In this document: one piece after another, positions 9,905 through 22,544 of the stretch
Layout of the letters: each line of letters starts with the position of its first letter
Position numbering within the stretch: the stretch's first letter is position 1
Assembly: GCA_035606915.1 (NCBI GenBank)
Contig: DATNDU010000008.1
Span: 12,857-76,856, forward strand
From: Roseiarcus sp.
GTDB taxonomy: Bacteria > Pseudomonadota > Alphaproteobacteria > Rhizobiales > Beijerinckiaceae
Direction: 5' to 3'
Length of the DNA stretch: 64,000 nucleotides
Position numbers and translations under genes: made by a program
The notes under the pieces: generated by a model
The model's input: only the letters and a program-made list of their open reading frames with translations
Database searches by the model: none
Told to the model about the DNA's origin: nothing

Positions 9905-11619
9905 CCAGCCTTTCCCTTCGGCGCAATCGTCGCGTCCGGCGGGCGCGCCGCCTCGCCGGGGTCGCGGAAGCGGTTGAGGATCGGATAGCGGCGGTCGCGG
10001 CCGAAATTCTTCGGCCCCACCTTCACCCCCGGCGCCGATTGCCGGCGCTTGTATTCGGCCAGATACAGCAGCCGCTCGACGCGCTTGACGGTCTCGATGG
10101 CGTAGCCCTGCGCGACGATGTCGGCGACCCGCATCTCCTGCTCGACGAGGCCGTTAAGAATGGCGTCGAGCACCGGATAGGGCGGCAGCGAGTCCTCGTC
10201 CTTCTGGTCCTCGCGCAATTCCGCCGACGGCGGCTTGCTGATGATGTCGGGGGGAATGACAACGCCGTCGGGGCCTAGCGCGCCCTGCGGCTTCCAGCGG
10301 TTGCGCAGCGCCGATAGGCGGAATGCCTCCATCTTGTAGAGGTCTTTGATCGGGTTGAAACCGCCGTTCATGTCGCCGTAGAGCGTGGCGTAGCCGACCG
10401 ACATCTCCGACTTGTTGCCGGTGGTGACGACCATGGCGCCGAACTTGTTGGAGATCGACATCAGGATCAGGCCGCGCGTGCGGCTCTGAATGTTCTCCTC
10501 GGTGATATCGCGGGCGCGGCCAGCGAACAACGGCGCCAGCGCGCGCTCCGTCGCTTCGACGGGTCCGGCGATCGGAACAATATCGTAGCGCAGCCCGAGC
10601 GCCTTGGCGCAGGCGGCGGCGTCGCTGAGCGAAGCGGCGCTGGTGTATTTATAGGGCAGCATCACCGCCTGCACGCGATCGCTGCCCAGCGCATCCACCG
10701 CCATCGCCGCGCAGAGCGCGGAATCGATGCCGCCGGATAGGCCGAGCACCACGCCGGGGAAACGGTTGCGTTCGACGTAATCGCGCAAGCCCAGCACGCA
10801 GGCGGCGTAATCGCCCTCGTCGCCCTGATCGACGCTCTCGCGCGGCCCCTCGACGCAGGCCCAGCCACCGTCCCGGCGCTCGAACGCCACGCGCCCCACG
10901 CTCTCGCGGAAGCCCGGCAGTTGCGCGGCCAGCGAGCCGTCGGCGTTGACAACGAAGGAGCCGCCCTCGAACACCAATTCGTCCTGGCCGCCGACGGCGT
11001 TGAGATAGACCAGCGGCAGGCCGGATTCGGCCACCCGCGCCCGCGCAATTTTGCGCCGCAGCGCCAGCTTGTCGCGCTCGTAGGGGCTGGCGTTGGGCAC
11101 GAGCAGGATTTCGCCGCCGGTCTCGGCGATGCATTCCACCGTGTCCGGCCCCCAGATGTCCTCGCAGATCGGAACGCCGATGCGCACGCCGTTGAAGGTG
11201 AGGGGACCGGGATGCGGGCCGGGGCGGAACACGCGCTTCTCGTCGAACACGCCGTAGTTCGGCAGTTCGACCTTGAAGCGCACCGCCTCGATGCGGCCGC
11301 CGTTCAGCAACGCGGCGGCGTTGTAGAGCGCGCCGTCCTCGACCCACGGCAGGCCGACGAGCACGGCCGGGCCGCCGTCGCCGGTGTCGCGCGCCAGCGT
11401 CTCGCAGGCGGCGCGGCAGGCTTCCTGGAAGGCGGGCTTCAGCACCAGATCCTCGGGCGGGTAGCCGGCGAGGAACAACTCCGGCGCCAGCATGAGATCG
11501 GCGCCGAAGGCCGCCGCCTCGGCGCGCGCGGCGCGCAGTTTGGCAAGATTGCCGTCGATGTCGCCGACAACAGGGGAAATCTGCGCAAGCGCGAGGATGA
11601 GACGGTCGGCGGCAAGCAT
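9880..11619 (-). CDS. nadE: Glutamine-dependent NAD+ synthetase
   Basis: N-terminal nitrilase-type domain (PELFLAGYPPEDL, ICEDIW) plus GLSGGIDS, NIQSRTRG, TGNKSE, GYATLYGD, EYKRRQ. Confidence 0.97.
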   Translation of the reverse strand: MLAADRLILALAQISPVVGDIDGNLAKLRAARAEAAAFGADLMLAPELFLAGYPPEDLVLKPAFQEACRAACETLARDTGDGGPAVLVGLPWVEDGALYNAAALLNGGRIEAVRFKVELPNYGVFDEKRVFRPGPHPGPLTFNGVRIGVPICEDIWGPDTVECIAETGGEILLVPNASPYERDKLALRRKIARARVAESGLPLVYLNAVGGQDELVFEGGSFVVNADGSLAAQLPGFRESVGRVAFERRDGGWACVEGPRESVDQGDEGDYAACVLGLRDYVERNRFPGVVLGLSGGIDSALCAAMAVDALGSDRVQAVMLPYKYTSAASLSDAAACAKALGLRYDIVPIAGPVEATERALAPLFAGRARDITEENIQSRTRGLILMSISNKFGAMVVTTGNKSEMSVGYATLYGDMNGGFNPIKDLYKMEAFRLSALRNRWKPQGALGPDGVVIPPDIISKPPSAELREDQKDEDSLPPYPVLDAILNGLVEQEMRVADIVAQGYAIETVKRVERLLYLAEYKRRQSAPGVKVGPKNFGRDRRYPILNRFRDPGEAARPPDATIAPKGKAGTSERFED

Positions 11620-11737
11620 GGCGTCAGCGTTTAGCGCGGGCGGGCGGCAAGCGTCCAGCGCCGTCGCGGCGCAAGCGACCGGCTCCCGCCGCCGAAAATT
11701 GTGCTAAGCTCAACAGAATACAGACCAAGGGCGTCGA

Positions 11738-13984
11738 TTGTCGGAACGTTCGAACAAGTCGCGGCTGCTGCGCGCGGTGCGCTGGACCCTGCTCGCCTTC
11801 GATGCCTTCATCGATTCCTCGATGTTCGACGCGGGTCGGCGCGCGCTCGGCGCGCTCTCGGCGGCGCAGGCGGCCTCGGAGCGGCTGCGGCTGCGCGGCT
11901 TCGCCAGGGCCGTGCTCGACCTCGCCTGCGAAGGCGCCAATATGGGGCTCGTCGGGCTCGTCGTCGCGCTGGTGCTGGCCCAGCCCGCCTTCAAGGCGAC
12001 CGCCGACGACGACTGGCTCAAGCGCACCGATTTCGCCGTCACCTTCCTCGACCGTTACGGGGTCGAGATCGGCCGGCGCGGCATCAAGCACGACGAGACG
12101 GTGCCGTTCGACGAATTGCCGGAGAATTTCGTCAAGGCGGTGCTCGCCACCGAGGACCGGCGCTTCTTCCACCATTTCGGCGTCGACGTGATCGGCACTT
12201 TGCGCGCCCTCACCGTCAACGCCCACGCCGGCGGCGTCGTGCAGGGCGGCTCGACGATCACCCAGCAGCTCGCCAAGAACGTCTTCCTCAGCAACGAGCG
12301 CTCGATCTCGCGCAAGATCACCGAGGCGTTCCTGGCGCTGTGGCTCGAACACCAACTCACCAAGAAGCAGATCCTCAGCCTCTATCTCGACCGCGTCTAC
12401 ATGGGCGCCGGCACGTTCGGCGTCGAGGCGGCGGCGCGCCATTACTTCGGCAAATCGATCCGCGACGTCAATCTCGCGCAAGCCGCGATGCTGGCGGGGC
12501 TGTTCAAGGCGCCGACGAAGTTCTCGCCCGGCGTCAACCTGCCGGCCGCCCGCGCCCGCGCCAACGACGTGTTGAGCAACCTCGTCGAGGCCGGCTTCAT
12601 GACCGAGGCGCAGGTCTACTCGGCCCGCCGCAACCCGGCGACGCCCGTCGAGCATACCGACGAGCAGAGCCCCGACTGGTATCTCGATTTCGCCTTCAAC
12701 GAGGTCAAGCAACTCGCCGCCAACGGCAAACTCGGGGCCGACCGCGTGCTGACGGTGCGCACCGGCCTCGACGAGGCCATCCAGCAGAAGGCCGAGGACG
12801 TGCTGGAAGAGAAGCTGCGCGTCGACGCACCCGCCTATCACGCCCATCAGGCCGCGGCGGTGGTCGCCGATCCCGACGGGCTGGTGCGCGCCATGGTCGG
12901 CGGCCGCGATTACGGCGCCAGCCAGTTCAACCGCGCCACCGACGCGCTGCGCCAGCCCGGCTCCTCGTTCAAGGTGCTCGTCTACCTCACCGCGCTGCTG
13001 ACCAACAAGTTTCACCCCAACACGCTGGTCGATTCCTCGCCGATCTGCATTGGCAATTACTGTGTCCACAACTACCACAACGAGCGCGGCGGCCGCATGC
13101 CGATGTATACGGCGCTGGCGCTGTCCTACAACACCGCAGCGATCTGGCTGTCATGGAAGATCGGCGAGGCCTATTGGCCGAAGGGCAAGCCGTTTCACTT
13201 GGCCCGGATGGCGGCGCTCGGCCGCTCGAAGATCATCGACACGGCGCGCCTGCTCGGCATAACGACGCCGCTGCCCGACACCGTGTCGCTGCCCGTCGGC
13301 GCCGACGAGGTGAAGATGATCGACATGGTCGGCGTCAACGCCACCCTCGCCAACGGCGGCCATCGCACCGTCGCCCATGCGGCAACCGAAATCCGCAACG
13401 CCCAGGGGCAGGTGATCTACAGCTTCGATCGCGACGGCCCGAAGCCCGTGCAGATCGTACCGGCCGACAAGGTCGCGGAAATGAATAACATCATGATCCA
13501 TGTCGTGACCGAGGGCACCGGGCGGGCGGCGCAAATCCCCGGCCGCGCCATCGCCGGCAAGACCGGCACCACCAACAACTCCACCAACGCCTGGTTCAAC
13601 GCCTTCACCGGCAATCTCGTCGGCAGCGTGTGGTTTGGCAACGATGACGGCTCGTCGATGGGCGACCTCACCGGCGGCGTGTTGCCAGCGCAGAGCTGGC
13701 ACGACATCATGGCCTTCGCGCTGCGCAATCTGCCGCCGAAGCCGCCGTTCGGCGTGGCCGCGCCGCCGCCGGACGCTGCGGCCGCGGCGGCAGCCAAGGC
13801 GGCCGGCGCGGGCGCGGCCGGGGCGCCGGCGCGCGCTGCGACGCTGCCGCAGAATACCAGCCGCGCCCTGCTGGAAATCGCCGGGTTCGTCCACGATGCG
13901 GCAGCGCGGGCGGCGGCGGCGCCGGCGACGCAAGAGACCGGCTTCGCCAAAGCCGCCACGACCCCGCGCGTGGCCTCGCCGTGA
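11738..13984 (+). CDS. Class A penicillin-binding protein (PBP1A family)
   Basis: Transglycosylase EDRRF, GGSTITQQLAKN, RKITEA; transpeptidase PGSSFK, SYN, GKTGT. Confidence 0.93.
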   Translation: MSERSNKSRLLRAVRWTLLAFDAFIDSSMFDAGRRALGALSAAQAASERLRLRGFARAVLDLACEGANMGLVGLVVALVLAQPAFKATADDDWLKRTDFAVTFLDRYGVEIGRRGIKHDETVPFDELPENFVKAVLATEDRRFFHHFGVDVIGTLRALTVNAHAGGVVQGGSTITQQLAKNVFLSNERSISRKITEAFLALWLEHQLTKKQILSLYLDRVYMGAGTFGVEAAARHYFGKSIRDVNLAQAAMLAGLFKAPTKFSPGVNLPAARARANDVLSNLVEAGFMTEAQVYSARRNPATPVEHTDEQSPDWYLDFAFNEVKQLAANGKLGADRVLTVRTGLDEAIQQKAEDVLEEKLRVDAPAYHAHQAAAVVADPDGLVRAMVGGRDYGASQFNRATDALRQPGSSFKVLVYLTALLTNKFHPNTLVDSSPICIGNYCVHNYHNERGGRMPMYTALALSYNTAAIWLSWKIGEAYWPKGKPFHLARMAALGRSKIIDTARLLGITTPLPDTVSLPVGADEVKMIDMVGVNATLANGGHRTVAHAATEIRNAQGQVIYSFDRDGPKPVQIVPADKVAEMNNIMIHVVTEGTGRAAQIPGRAIAGKTGTTNNSTNAWFNAFTGNLVGSVWFGNDDGSSMGDLTGGVLPAQSWHDIMAFALRNLPPKPPFGVAAPPPDAAAAAAAKAAGAGAAGAPARAATLPQNTSRALLEIAGFVHDAAARAAAAPATQETGFAKAATTPRVASP

Positions 13985-14000
13985 CCTCGCGGCGCCGCTC

Positions 14001-14579
14001 ATGATCGGGCTCATCAAAGCCCTGGCCGTCGCCGTCGCCGGCCTCGCGCTTGGCTTGTGGGCGACGCGCGCGGCGCTGACCGGGGCGTTGCCGATCGCGG
14101 TCGACAGCCTCGGCCAGTGGCGCGTCGAGGCGCGCGCCGGGGCGGCCGACGCCGACCCCTATACGCGCGCCCGCATTGAGCGCAGCGGCGAAATCGCACT
14201 GGCGCTGGGCGAGGGGCTGCGCCTGACGACGCGCCTCGACAGCGAAGGGCGGACGCTCGACGGCGCCTGCGTCTACAAGCTCGGCCGGCAAGCGCCGACG
14301 GCGCGCTACTGGACGCTGGAGGCGATCGACGGCTCCGGCTTCCCGCTGGAGAACGCCGCCGGCCGCTACGTGCTGCGCTCGACCGAGTTGCTACGCGACC
14401 CCGACGGCGGCTTCGCGATCTGGATTTCGCCGAGCCCGCACGCCGGCAACTGGTTGCCCGTCGCCGCGCGCGGCCGCTTCGGGCTGGCGTTGCGGCTCTA
14501 CGACCCCGCGCTCAGCGACGCCGCCGTCGGCTTCGAGCGCGCCACGGCGCCGAGCGTCGTCAGGACGGCCTGCGGATGA
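14001..14579 (+). CDS. DUF1214-like membrane-anchored protein
   Basis: N-terminal TM, DPYTRA, LDGACVY, ARYWTL, GNWLPV, LRLYD. Typical position after PBP1A in Hyphomicrobiales. Confidence 0.7.
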   Translation: MIGLIKALAVAVAGLALGLWATRAALTGALPIAVDSLGQWRVEARAGAADADPYTRARIERSGEIALALGEGLRLTTRLDSEGRTLDGACVYKLGRQAPTARYWTLEAIDGSGFPLENAAGRYVLRSTELLRDPDGGFAIWISPSPHAGNWLPVAARGRFGLALRLYDPALSDAAVGFERATAPSVVRTACG

Positions 14580-15160
14580 GCGGGCGCCTCATCGGGCGGG
14601 CGCTCTATTACGCCGCGCTCGTCGCCGTCGTCGCCGGGCTCACGCATCTGGTGGCGCTGCTGATCGCGCCGAGCCTGGCCGAACACGACGCTTATGCGCG
14701 CGTCGAGACGCTGGGGCCGCCGTTCAAGACCATCGCGCTGCCACAGGCCTCGCCGACGCAGCGCGTCTTCCCCTACGCCGACCCGGCCGTGGCGGCGGCG
14801 ATCTGCCGCTACGACCTCACGGACGGCCCGGTGCGCGCTCGCGCGCCGCTCGGCCGGCCGGGGTTCTCGTCGCTGTCGTTCCATTCCCGGCGCGGCGTGG
14901 TGTTTTACGCGCTGACCGACCGGGCGGCCAACAAGGGGCGGATGGAGGCGCTGATCGTCACGCCTGAGCAATTGCGCAAGCTCGTCGCCCATGACGACGA
15001 GGACAACCCGAGCGACGACCTGCGCATCGTCTCGCCGACCCTGGCGGGCTTCGTGATGACGCGGGTGTTGAGCCAGAGCCCCGACGATGCGCCCTCCGCC
15101 GCCGCTCAAGCCGCGGCGATGACCTGCGCCCCCGAGCCGATCGCGGAAGCCGAGAGATAG
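14576..15160 (+). CDS. DUF1254-like membrane-anchored protein
   Basis: N-terminal TM, PYADP...AICRYDLTDGPV. ATGA overlap with the upstream gene. Confidence 0.65.
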   Translation: MSGRLIGRALYYAALVAVVAGLTHLVALLIAPSLAEHDAYARVETLGPPFKTIALPQASPTQRVFPYADPAVAAAICRYDLTDGPVRARAPLGRPGFSSLSFHSRRGVVFYALTDRAANKGRMEALIVTPEQLRKLVAHDDEDNPSDDLRIVSPTLAGFVMTRVLSQSPDDAPSAAAQAAAMTCAPEPIAEAER

Positions 15161-15225
15161 CCGGCGATGGACAAAGCGACGCATCGGCGCGATGTTTGCG
15201 CCCAACGCCTAGCCTTGGGGGAACC

Positions 15226-16155
<930 letters not shown>

Positions 16156-16263
16156 GCGACTTAACCGAATCCTCGATAACTCGATTAGGACTTGTTTATC
16201 TTTTGCCCGCAACTCTGGGGTGAAGCCATCGCCGGCTGAAGGCGGACCTTACGCGGACGAAAG

Positions 16264-16527
16264 ATGATTGAGAACAGCGATCGGCGCAGCCGCAAACGCA
16301 AGGCGATCAATTCGCTTGCCTGGGCCGACCCCGGCGGCATTCTGCCGGTCATCGATTGCCGCCTCGTCGACTTCACCGAGGAGGGCGCGCGCGTCGTCGC
16401 CCCGCCGGGCGTCGAAATGCCTGACATCTTCCAGTTGCAGGTCGATTCCTCGCGCATTCTGGGCGCCGCCGAAGTGATCTGGCGCGAGCAAAACCATGTC
16501 GGCGTCAGGTTCCTGACCCGCCTCTGA
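16264..16527 (+). CDS. Single-domain PilZ protein
   Basis: RRSRKR (RxxxR) and DFTEEG (D/NxSxxG-like) motifs, C-terminal VIWREQNHVGVRF. Confidence 0.75.
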   Translation: MIENSDRRSRKRKAINSLAWADPGGILPVIDCRLVDFTEEGARVVAPPGVEMPDIFQLQVDSSRILGAAEVIWREQNHVGVRFLTRL

Positions 16528-16628
16528 TGCGGGTTCGGCGCCTTTCGCGCAAGCTTGGCGTCGTAGAGGGAGATGAACGCACGAGGGCAGGCGGGGGACC
16601 GCCCGTCACGGCTCATCACGAGGCGGTC

Positions 16629-17489
16629 ATGACCAATACGACGACGGCATTTCTCGCCATTCAAAACAATCTCGCGCGCTACCAGAAGCTCACCGCCGAG
16701 CAGCCTTCGGTGAAGACGGCGACCGCCTATTACCAGGCCAATATCGGCAAGGTGAGCACCATCGGCGAGTTCGTCGGCAACTATCGCCTGCTGTCCTATG
16801 CCTTGAACGCCTACGGTCTCGGCGATCAGATCAACAACAAGGCGCTCATCGCCAAGGTGCTCGAACAGGGTACGTCGAGCCCCAGGGCGCTCGCCAACAC
16901 CCTCGAAAACGCCCACTGGAAGGCTTTTGCCGACGCCTTCAACTTTTCCGCTGCCGGCAGCGCCGCGCCCGCGTCCGCAACCGCTGTGGCGACGACGACA
17001 AGCGATTATGTCGAGCAGAAACTCGAAGAGAACCAGGGCCAGAGCGATCCCGGCGTGCAACTGGCGCTCTATTTCGCGCGCGTCGCGCCGACGATCACCA
17101 ACAGCCTGCAAATGCTCGCCGACACTAATCTCACGCAAGTCGTGCAGACGATTTTCAATCTGCCGGCGGGCACAAGCGAGACCCAGATCAACAACGAAGC
17201 GGCGGCGCTACAGAAGCTGATGCCGGTCTCGGAACTGAAGGGCCCGGCGACCGTCAAATCCCTCACCGAGCGCTTCACGGCCGCCTACGACGCCAAATAT
17301 GGCGTCGGCGGAACAGATCCCGGCGGCTCGCTTTCCGTCAGCGACGGCAATGCGGCATCGCCCGTGTCGGCCGCTTCCAGCATCCTGTCGCAGGTGATTT
17401 CCAGCAATTCCGAGGCGCTGGCGAGCCGTTCCTCCTATACGCCGCTCATCAGCCCGAGTCTGCTCGCCAGCCTCGCGCTCGGCGGTTGA
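16629..17489 (+). CDS. DUF1217-like (flagellum-associated) protein
   Basis: AYYQANIGKVSTIGEFVGNYRLLSYALNAYGL, DPGVQLALYF, SVKSLTERFTAAYD-type tail. ATG 16629 follows GAGG. Confidence 0.7.
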   Translation: MTNTTTAFLAIQNNLARYQKLTAEQPSVKTATAYYQANIGKVSTIGEFVGNYRLLSYALNAYGLGDQINNKALIAKVLEQGTSSPRALANTLENAHWKAFADAFNFSAAGSAAPASATAVATTTSDYVEQKLEENQGQSDPGVQLALYFARVAPTITNSLQMLADTNLTQVVQTIFNLPAGTSETQINNEAAALQKLMPVSELKGPATVKSLTERFTAAYDAKYGVGGTDPGGSLSVSDGNAASPVSAASSILSQVISSNSEALASRSSYTPLISPSLLASLALGG

Positions 17490-19510
<2,021 letters not shown>

Positions 19511-19540
19511 GCGTCCCGCACGGCTTACAGGGGCGAGATC

Positions 19541-19615
19541 GGGCGATTAGCTCAGCGGTAGAGCACTCCCTTCACACGGGAGGGGCCACAGGTTCGATCC
19601 CTGTATCGCCCACCA
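19541..19615 (+). tRNA. tRNA-Val(CAC)
   Basis: Cloverleaf: acceptor GGGCGAT/ATCGCCC, D arm GCTC/GAGC, anticodon stem CTCCC-TTCACAC-GGGAG, T arm ACAGG-TTCGATC-CCTGT, encoded CCA. Confidence 0.97.
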
Positions 19616-19798
19616 CGAGACCACTGGAATCGCTGACGATTTCCTGCCTAGACCTTCTGCACGACCAATCAAGGGTTTGTGGGCTCGGAATACGGCCTGC
19701 GAACTGAAATCGGGCCGATTTCTCCGTCACTGACGCCTGCTTTTGCAGAAAGTCTCTGTCGACAAAAATCGGTTTCCCGGAATGGAAGGCGTCCGTAG

Positions 19799-19816
19799 GT
19801 CGACATAGATCATTTC
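19799..19816. promoter_or_regulatory. Putative operator upstream of the MFS gene
   Basis: gtcgacatagatcatttc; 17/18 match to the reverse complement of 22504-22521. Confidence 0.55.
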
Positions 19817-20007
19817 CATTTCGTCGCTCAAACTTCGCGCTGAGAGCGCTAAAAAATCAGCTTGCGCCGCGATTGACGAAAGGATTTCATTCTGCATACA
19901 ATTTTCAATTGAGGCTCATTCCGAGCTTCGTAAACCGGAGGCTCTCCGCCTTGGCCATCGCAGCCCCAGCTTCGCCCCTCGTTCAGCGCTCCGCGGCGCC
20001 CAGCGAA

Positions 20008-21306
20008 ATGACGGACACCTCGCCGTTGACCAAAGGCCAGGTGAGCTACACCGCCGTCGTCGCCCTCTTCGCCTGGACCTTCGCGGTCTACGATCTCATC
20101 ACTTTCGGCAATCTGTTGCCGAAAATTCAGCAAGAGTTCGGCTGGTCGAACGCCGTCGCCTCCTATGTCGCGACGTTCGTCGGCCTGTCCTCGCTCGTCG
20201 TCGCTCTCGCCGTCGGTCCGGTGATCGATCGTTTGGGGCGGCGCTTCGCGCTCGTGCTGACGACGGGCGGCGCGGCGGTCAGTTCCGGCCTCGCCGCTTT
20301 TGCTATCGGCCCGGTGTCGCTCGTGCTGTTCCGCGCGCTCTCGGGCTTCGGCATGTCGGAGCAGGCGGTCAACGCGGCCTATCTCAACGAAGTGTTCGGC
20401 GCGCGCGCCAAGGGCCTGCTCTACGGCATCGTGCAAGCCGGATGGCCGCTCGGCGTGATGCTGTCCTCGGGGCTGGCCGCCTGGCTTTTGCCTGAGATCG
20501 GCTGGCGCGGCGTGTTCCTCGTCGCGACGTTCCCGCTGGTCGTGATTTTGCTGTTTCGCTTCGGCCTGCGCGAATCCCCCTATTTCGCCAAGCTCAAGCA
20601 TATCCGCGGGCTGCGCGCGCAAGGCGACGTCGCGGGTTCGCAGGAGTTGGCGAAGCGCTGGAGCCTGGACGTCTCCAACGACGACCGCGCCAACACCTAT
20701 GCCGAGTTGTTCACTCCGGCCTTGCGCCGTCAGTCGATCGCGCTCGGCGCCATGTTCTTCTTCAAGATCATCTCCGACTCGCAATTGACCGTGCTCGCCA
20801 CCTCCGTGCTTGGCCAAGCCAAGGGCATCGACCTGACGAGCGCGCTGTGGACGATCTTCTTCGGCAACGGCGTCGCGGTGCTCGGTTATCTGTTCCTGGG
20901 CTGGCTCGGCGACCGCATCGGCCGCCGCGAGACTGTGATCGTCGCCCAGACGCTGGCGGCGGTGATGATCTTTGTGCTGTTGTTCGTCGCCCAGAGCCTG
21001 ACGGCCGTCGTCATCGGCTATGCGCTGGTGCTGTTCTTCGCACAGGGCGCCGCGGCGCCGTTCTTCGCCTATGTCGGCGAATCGTTTCCGACCCGCGTGC
21101 GCGGCACTGGCGCGGCCTTCATCAACATCACCGGCCCGATCGGCGGCATTTTCGGACCGCTCGTCTATGGCGCCTTGCAGCAGGCGGGCGCAAGCCCGAC
21201 GGTCGCGGCGGCCTCAAGCGGCGTGGCGGCCCTCGTCGCCGCCGGCTGCATGTTGGCGGCCCGCTCCATCCGCCCCGGGCAGGAACTGACTGCGATCTCG
21301 CACTGA
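20008..21306 (+). CDS. MFS transporter
   Basis: About 12 hydrophobic segments, motif A GPVIDRLGRR repeated as GWLGDRIGRR, ESFPTRVRGTG. ATG 20008 chosen. Confidence 0.9.
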   Translation: MTDTSPLTKGQVSYTAVVALFAWTFAVYDLITFGNLLPKIQQEFGWSNAVASYVATFVGLSSLVVALAVGPVIDRLGRRFALVLTTGGAAVSSGLAAFAIGPVSLVLFRALSGFGMSEQAVNAAYLNEVFGARAKGLLYGIVQAGWPLGVMLSSGLAAWLLPEIGWRGVFLVATFPLVVILLFRFGLRESPYFAKLKHIRGLRAQGDVAGSQELAKRWSLDVSNDDRANTYAELFTPALRRQSIALGAMFFFKIISDSQLTVLATSVLGQAKGIDLTSALWTIFFGNGVAVLGYLFLGWLGDRIGRRETVIVAQTLAAVMIFVLLFVAQSLTAVVIGYALVLFFAQGAAAPFFAYVGESFPTRVRGTGAAFINITGPIGGIFGPLVYGALQQAGASPTVAAASSGVAALVAAGCMLAARSIRPGQELTAISH

Positions 21307-21427
21307 ACGCCTCGCCGGCGCGCTTCATCCGGTTTTCGAGCGAAGGGCCCGAAAACGATCGCGCGAAATTCTGGCGCAGAAAGAAAATCCCGCGCGAACG
21401 GAATACGGCTTTCTGCCGAAAGCCGTA

Positions 21428-22474
21428 TCACTTGCGCGCCGGCAGGCGCCCCTGATGACCCGTCAAATGCCCGTTCATCAATTCCCCCGCGCCCTTGGCG
21501 TCGCCCGCCGCGATGAGATCGATGAGCGCTGTGTGCTCCTCGATCGCGCAGGCGGGCGGCGCTCCGTCGTAGAGCAGCACCGCCAGCGACGTTTTGGCCG
21601 CAAGCTGCTGCACGAAGCCTTCGAGCAGGCGGTTTTCGCCGAGCGAGGCGAGAACCGAGTGAAACTCCGTCAGCAGATGCACGTAACGGCCGCGGTCGCC
21701 CGAGGCGCGCGCCGCTTGCTGCCGCTCGACATGCCGGCGCAGCGCGCGGATGTCGTGCGCCGTGCAATGGCGGCAGAGATCGCCGACGATCTCGCCTTCG
21801 ATCAGCCGCCGCGCCGCATAGGCCTGCTGCACCTCGGCGAGCGAGGGATTGGCGACGAAAGCGCCGCGGTTGCGATGCAGCGTGACGATGCCGGCGAAGG
21901 CGAGCCGGCGCAGCGCCTCGCGCACCAGCGTGCGGCCCGTGCCGAGCTTCTCGGCGATATGCGCCTCGCTCAGCTTCTGCCCGGGCTTGTAGCGCTCGGC
22001 GACGATCAGCGTCGCGATGGCGTTCGCCGCTGCGTCGTCGGAAGCCAAGCCGTGGAAGAGCCCGCCGCGGCCGAACTGGCGCGCTTCGCTCGGCAGCGCG
22101 CGCTCCCGCACAGGCGGCGGCTCGGCGCGGATCTTCATCGGCTCTCCGGCGCGCTTCAGCGCCTTGAGAATGGTTTCGGCCGACAGCGCCAGACCGTGAC
22201 GGCGCTCCAGTTCGGATTTCAGCCGGTGGACGCCAAGCCCCTCGTTCTGCCTGAGTTCGAGAATCAGGGCTTGCTCGCGCGCGAACACTTTCTGGTTCGG
22301 CGACGACGACGGTCTGCGGCTCGTGTCGGCCAGACCTTCCGGCCCCGCCTCCTGGTAGCGCCGCCACCATTTGCGCAAAGTTGGACGCGAAATGCCGAAG
22401 CGCGCGCACACGCGCCCGGCGCTGCCCGTCGCCTCGTAGGCTTCGATCCAGCGCAAGCGTTCCTCGATCGGCAT
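21428..22474 (-). CDS. Fusion of an IS481-type transposase HTH domain to a GntR wHTH + FCD regulator
   Basis: N-terminus ERLRWIEAY...VCARFGISRPTLRKWWRRYQEAGPEGLADTSRRPSSSPNQ; C-terminus YKPGQKLSEAHIAEKLGTGRTLVREALRRL...RNRGAFV plus FCD (FHSVL, EEHTALIDLI). No DDE domain. Confidence 0.85.
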   Translation of the reverse strand: MPIEERLRWIEAYEATGSAGRVCARFGISRPTLRKWWRRYQEAGPEGLADTSRRPSSSPNQKVFAREQALILELRQNEGLGVHRLKSELERRHGLALSAETILKALKRAGEPMKIRAEPPPVRERALPSEARQFGRGGLFHGLASDDAAANAIATLIVAERYKPGQKLSEAHIAEKLGTGRTLVREALRRLAFAGIVTLHRNRGAFVANPSLAEVQQAYAARRLIEGEIVGDLCRHCTAHDIRALRRHVERQQAARASGDRGRYVHLLTEFHSVLASLGENRLLEGFVQQLAAKTSLAVLLYDGAPPACAIEEHTALIDLIAAGDAKGAGELMNGHLTGHQGRLPARK

Positions 22475-22503
22475 CGGTTAGACTCGGGGCATAGGTTCGA
22501 CGC

Positions 22504-22521
22504 GAAATGATCTATGTAGAC
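22504..22521. promoter_or_regulatory. Putative operator in the divergent regulator/puuE promoter
   Basis: gaaatgatctatgtagac, inverted near-copy of 19799-19816. Confidence 0.55.
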
Positions 22522-22544
22522 TGTTTAATGACGGAGACCTCGCA

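Noticed and set aside
21428-22521. Active IS481 transposon
   Set aside because: Only the HTH part is present; no DDE/integrase core and no recognisable TGT...ACA termini.
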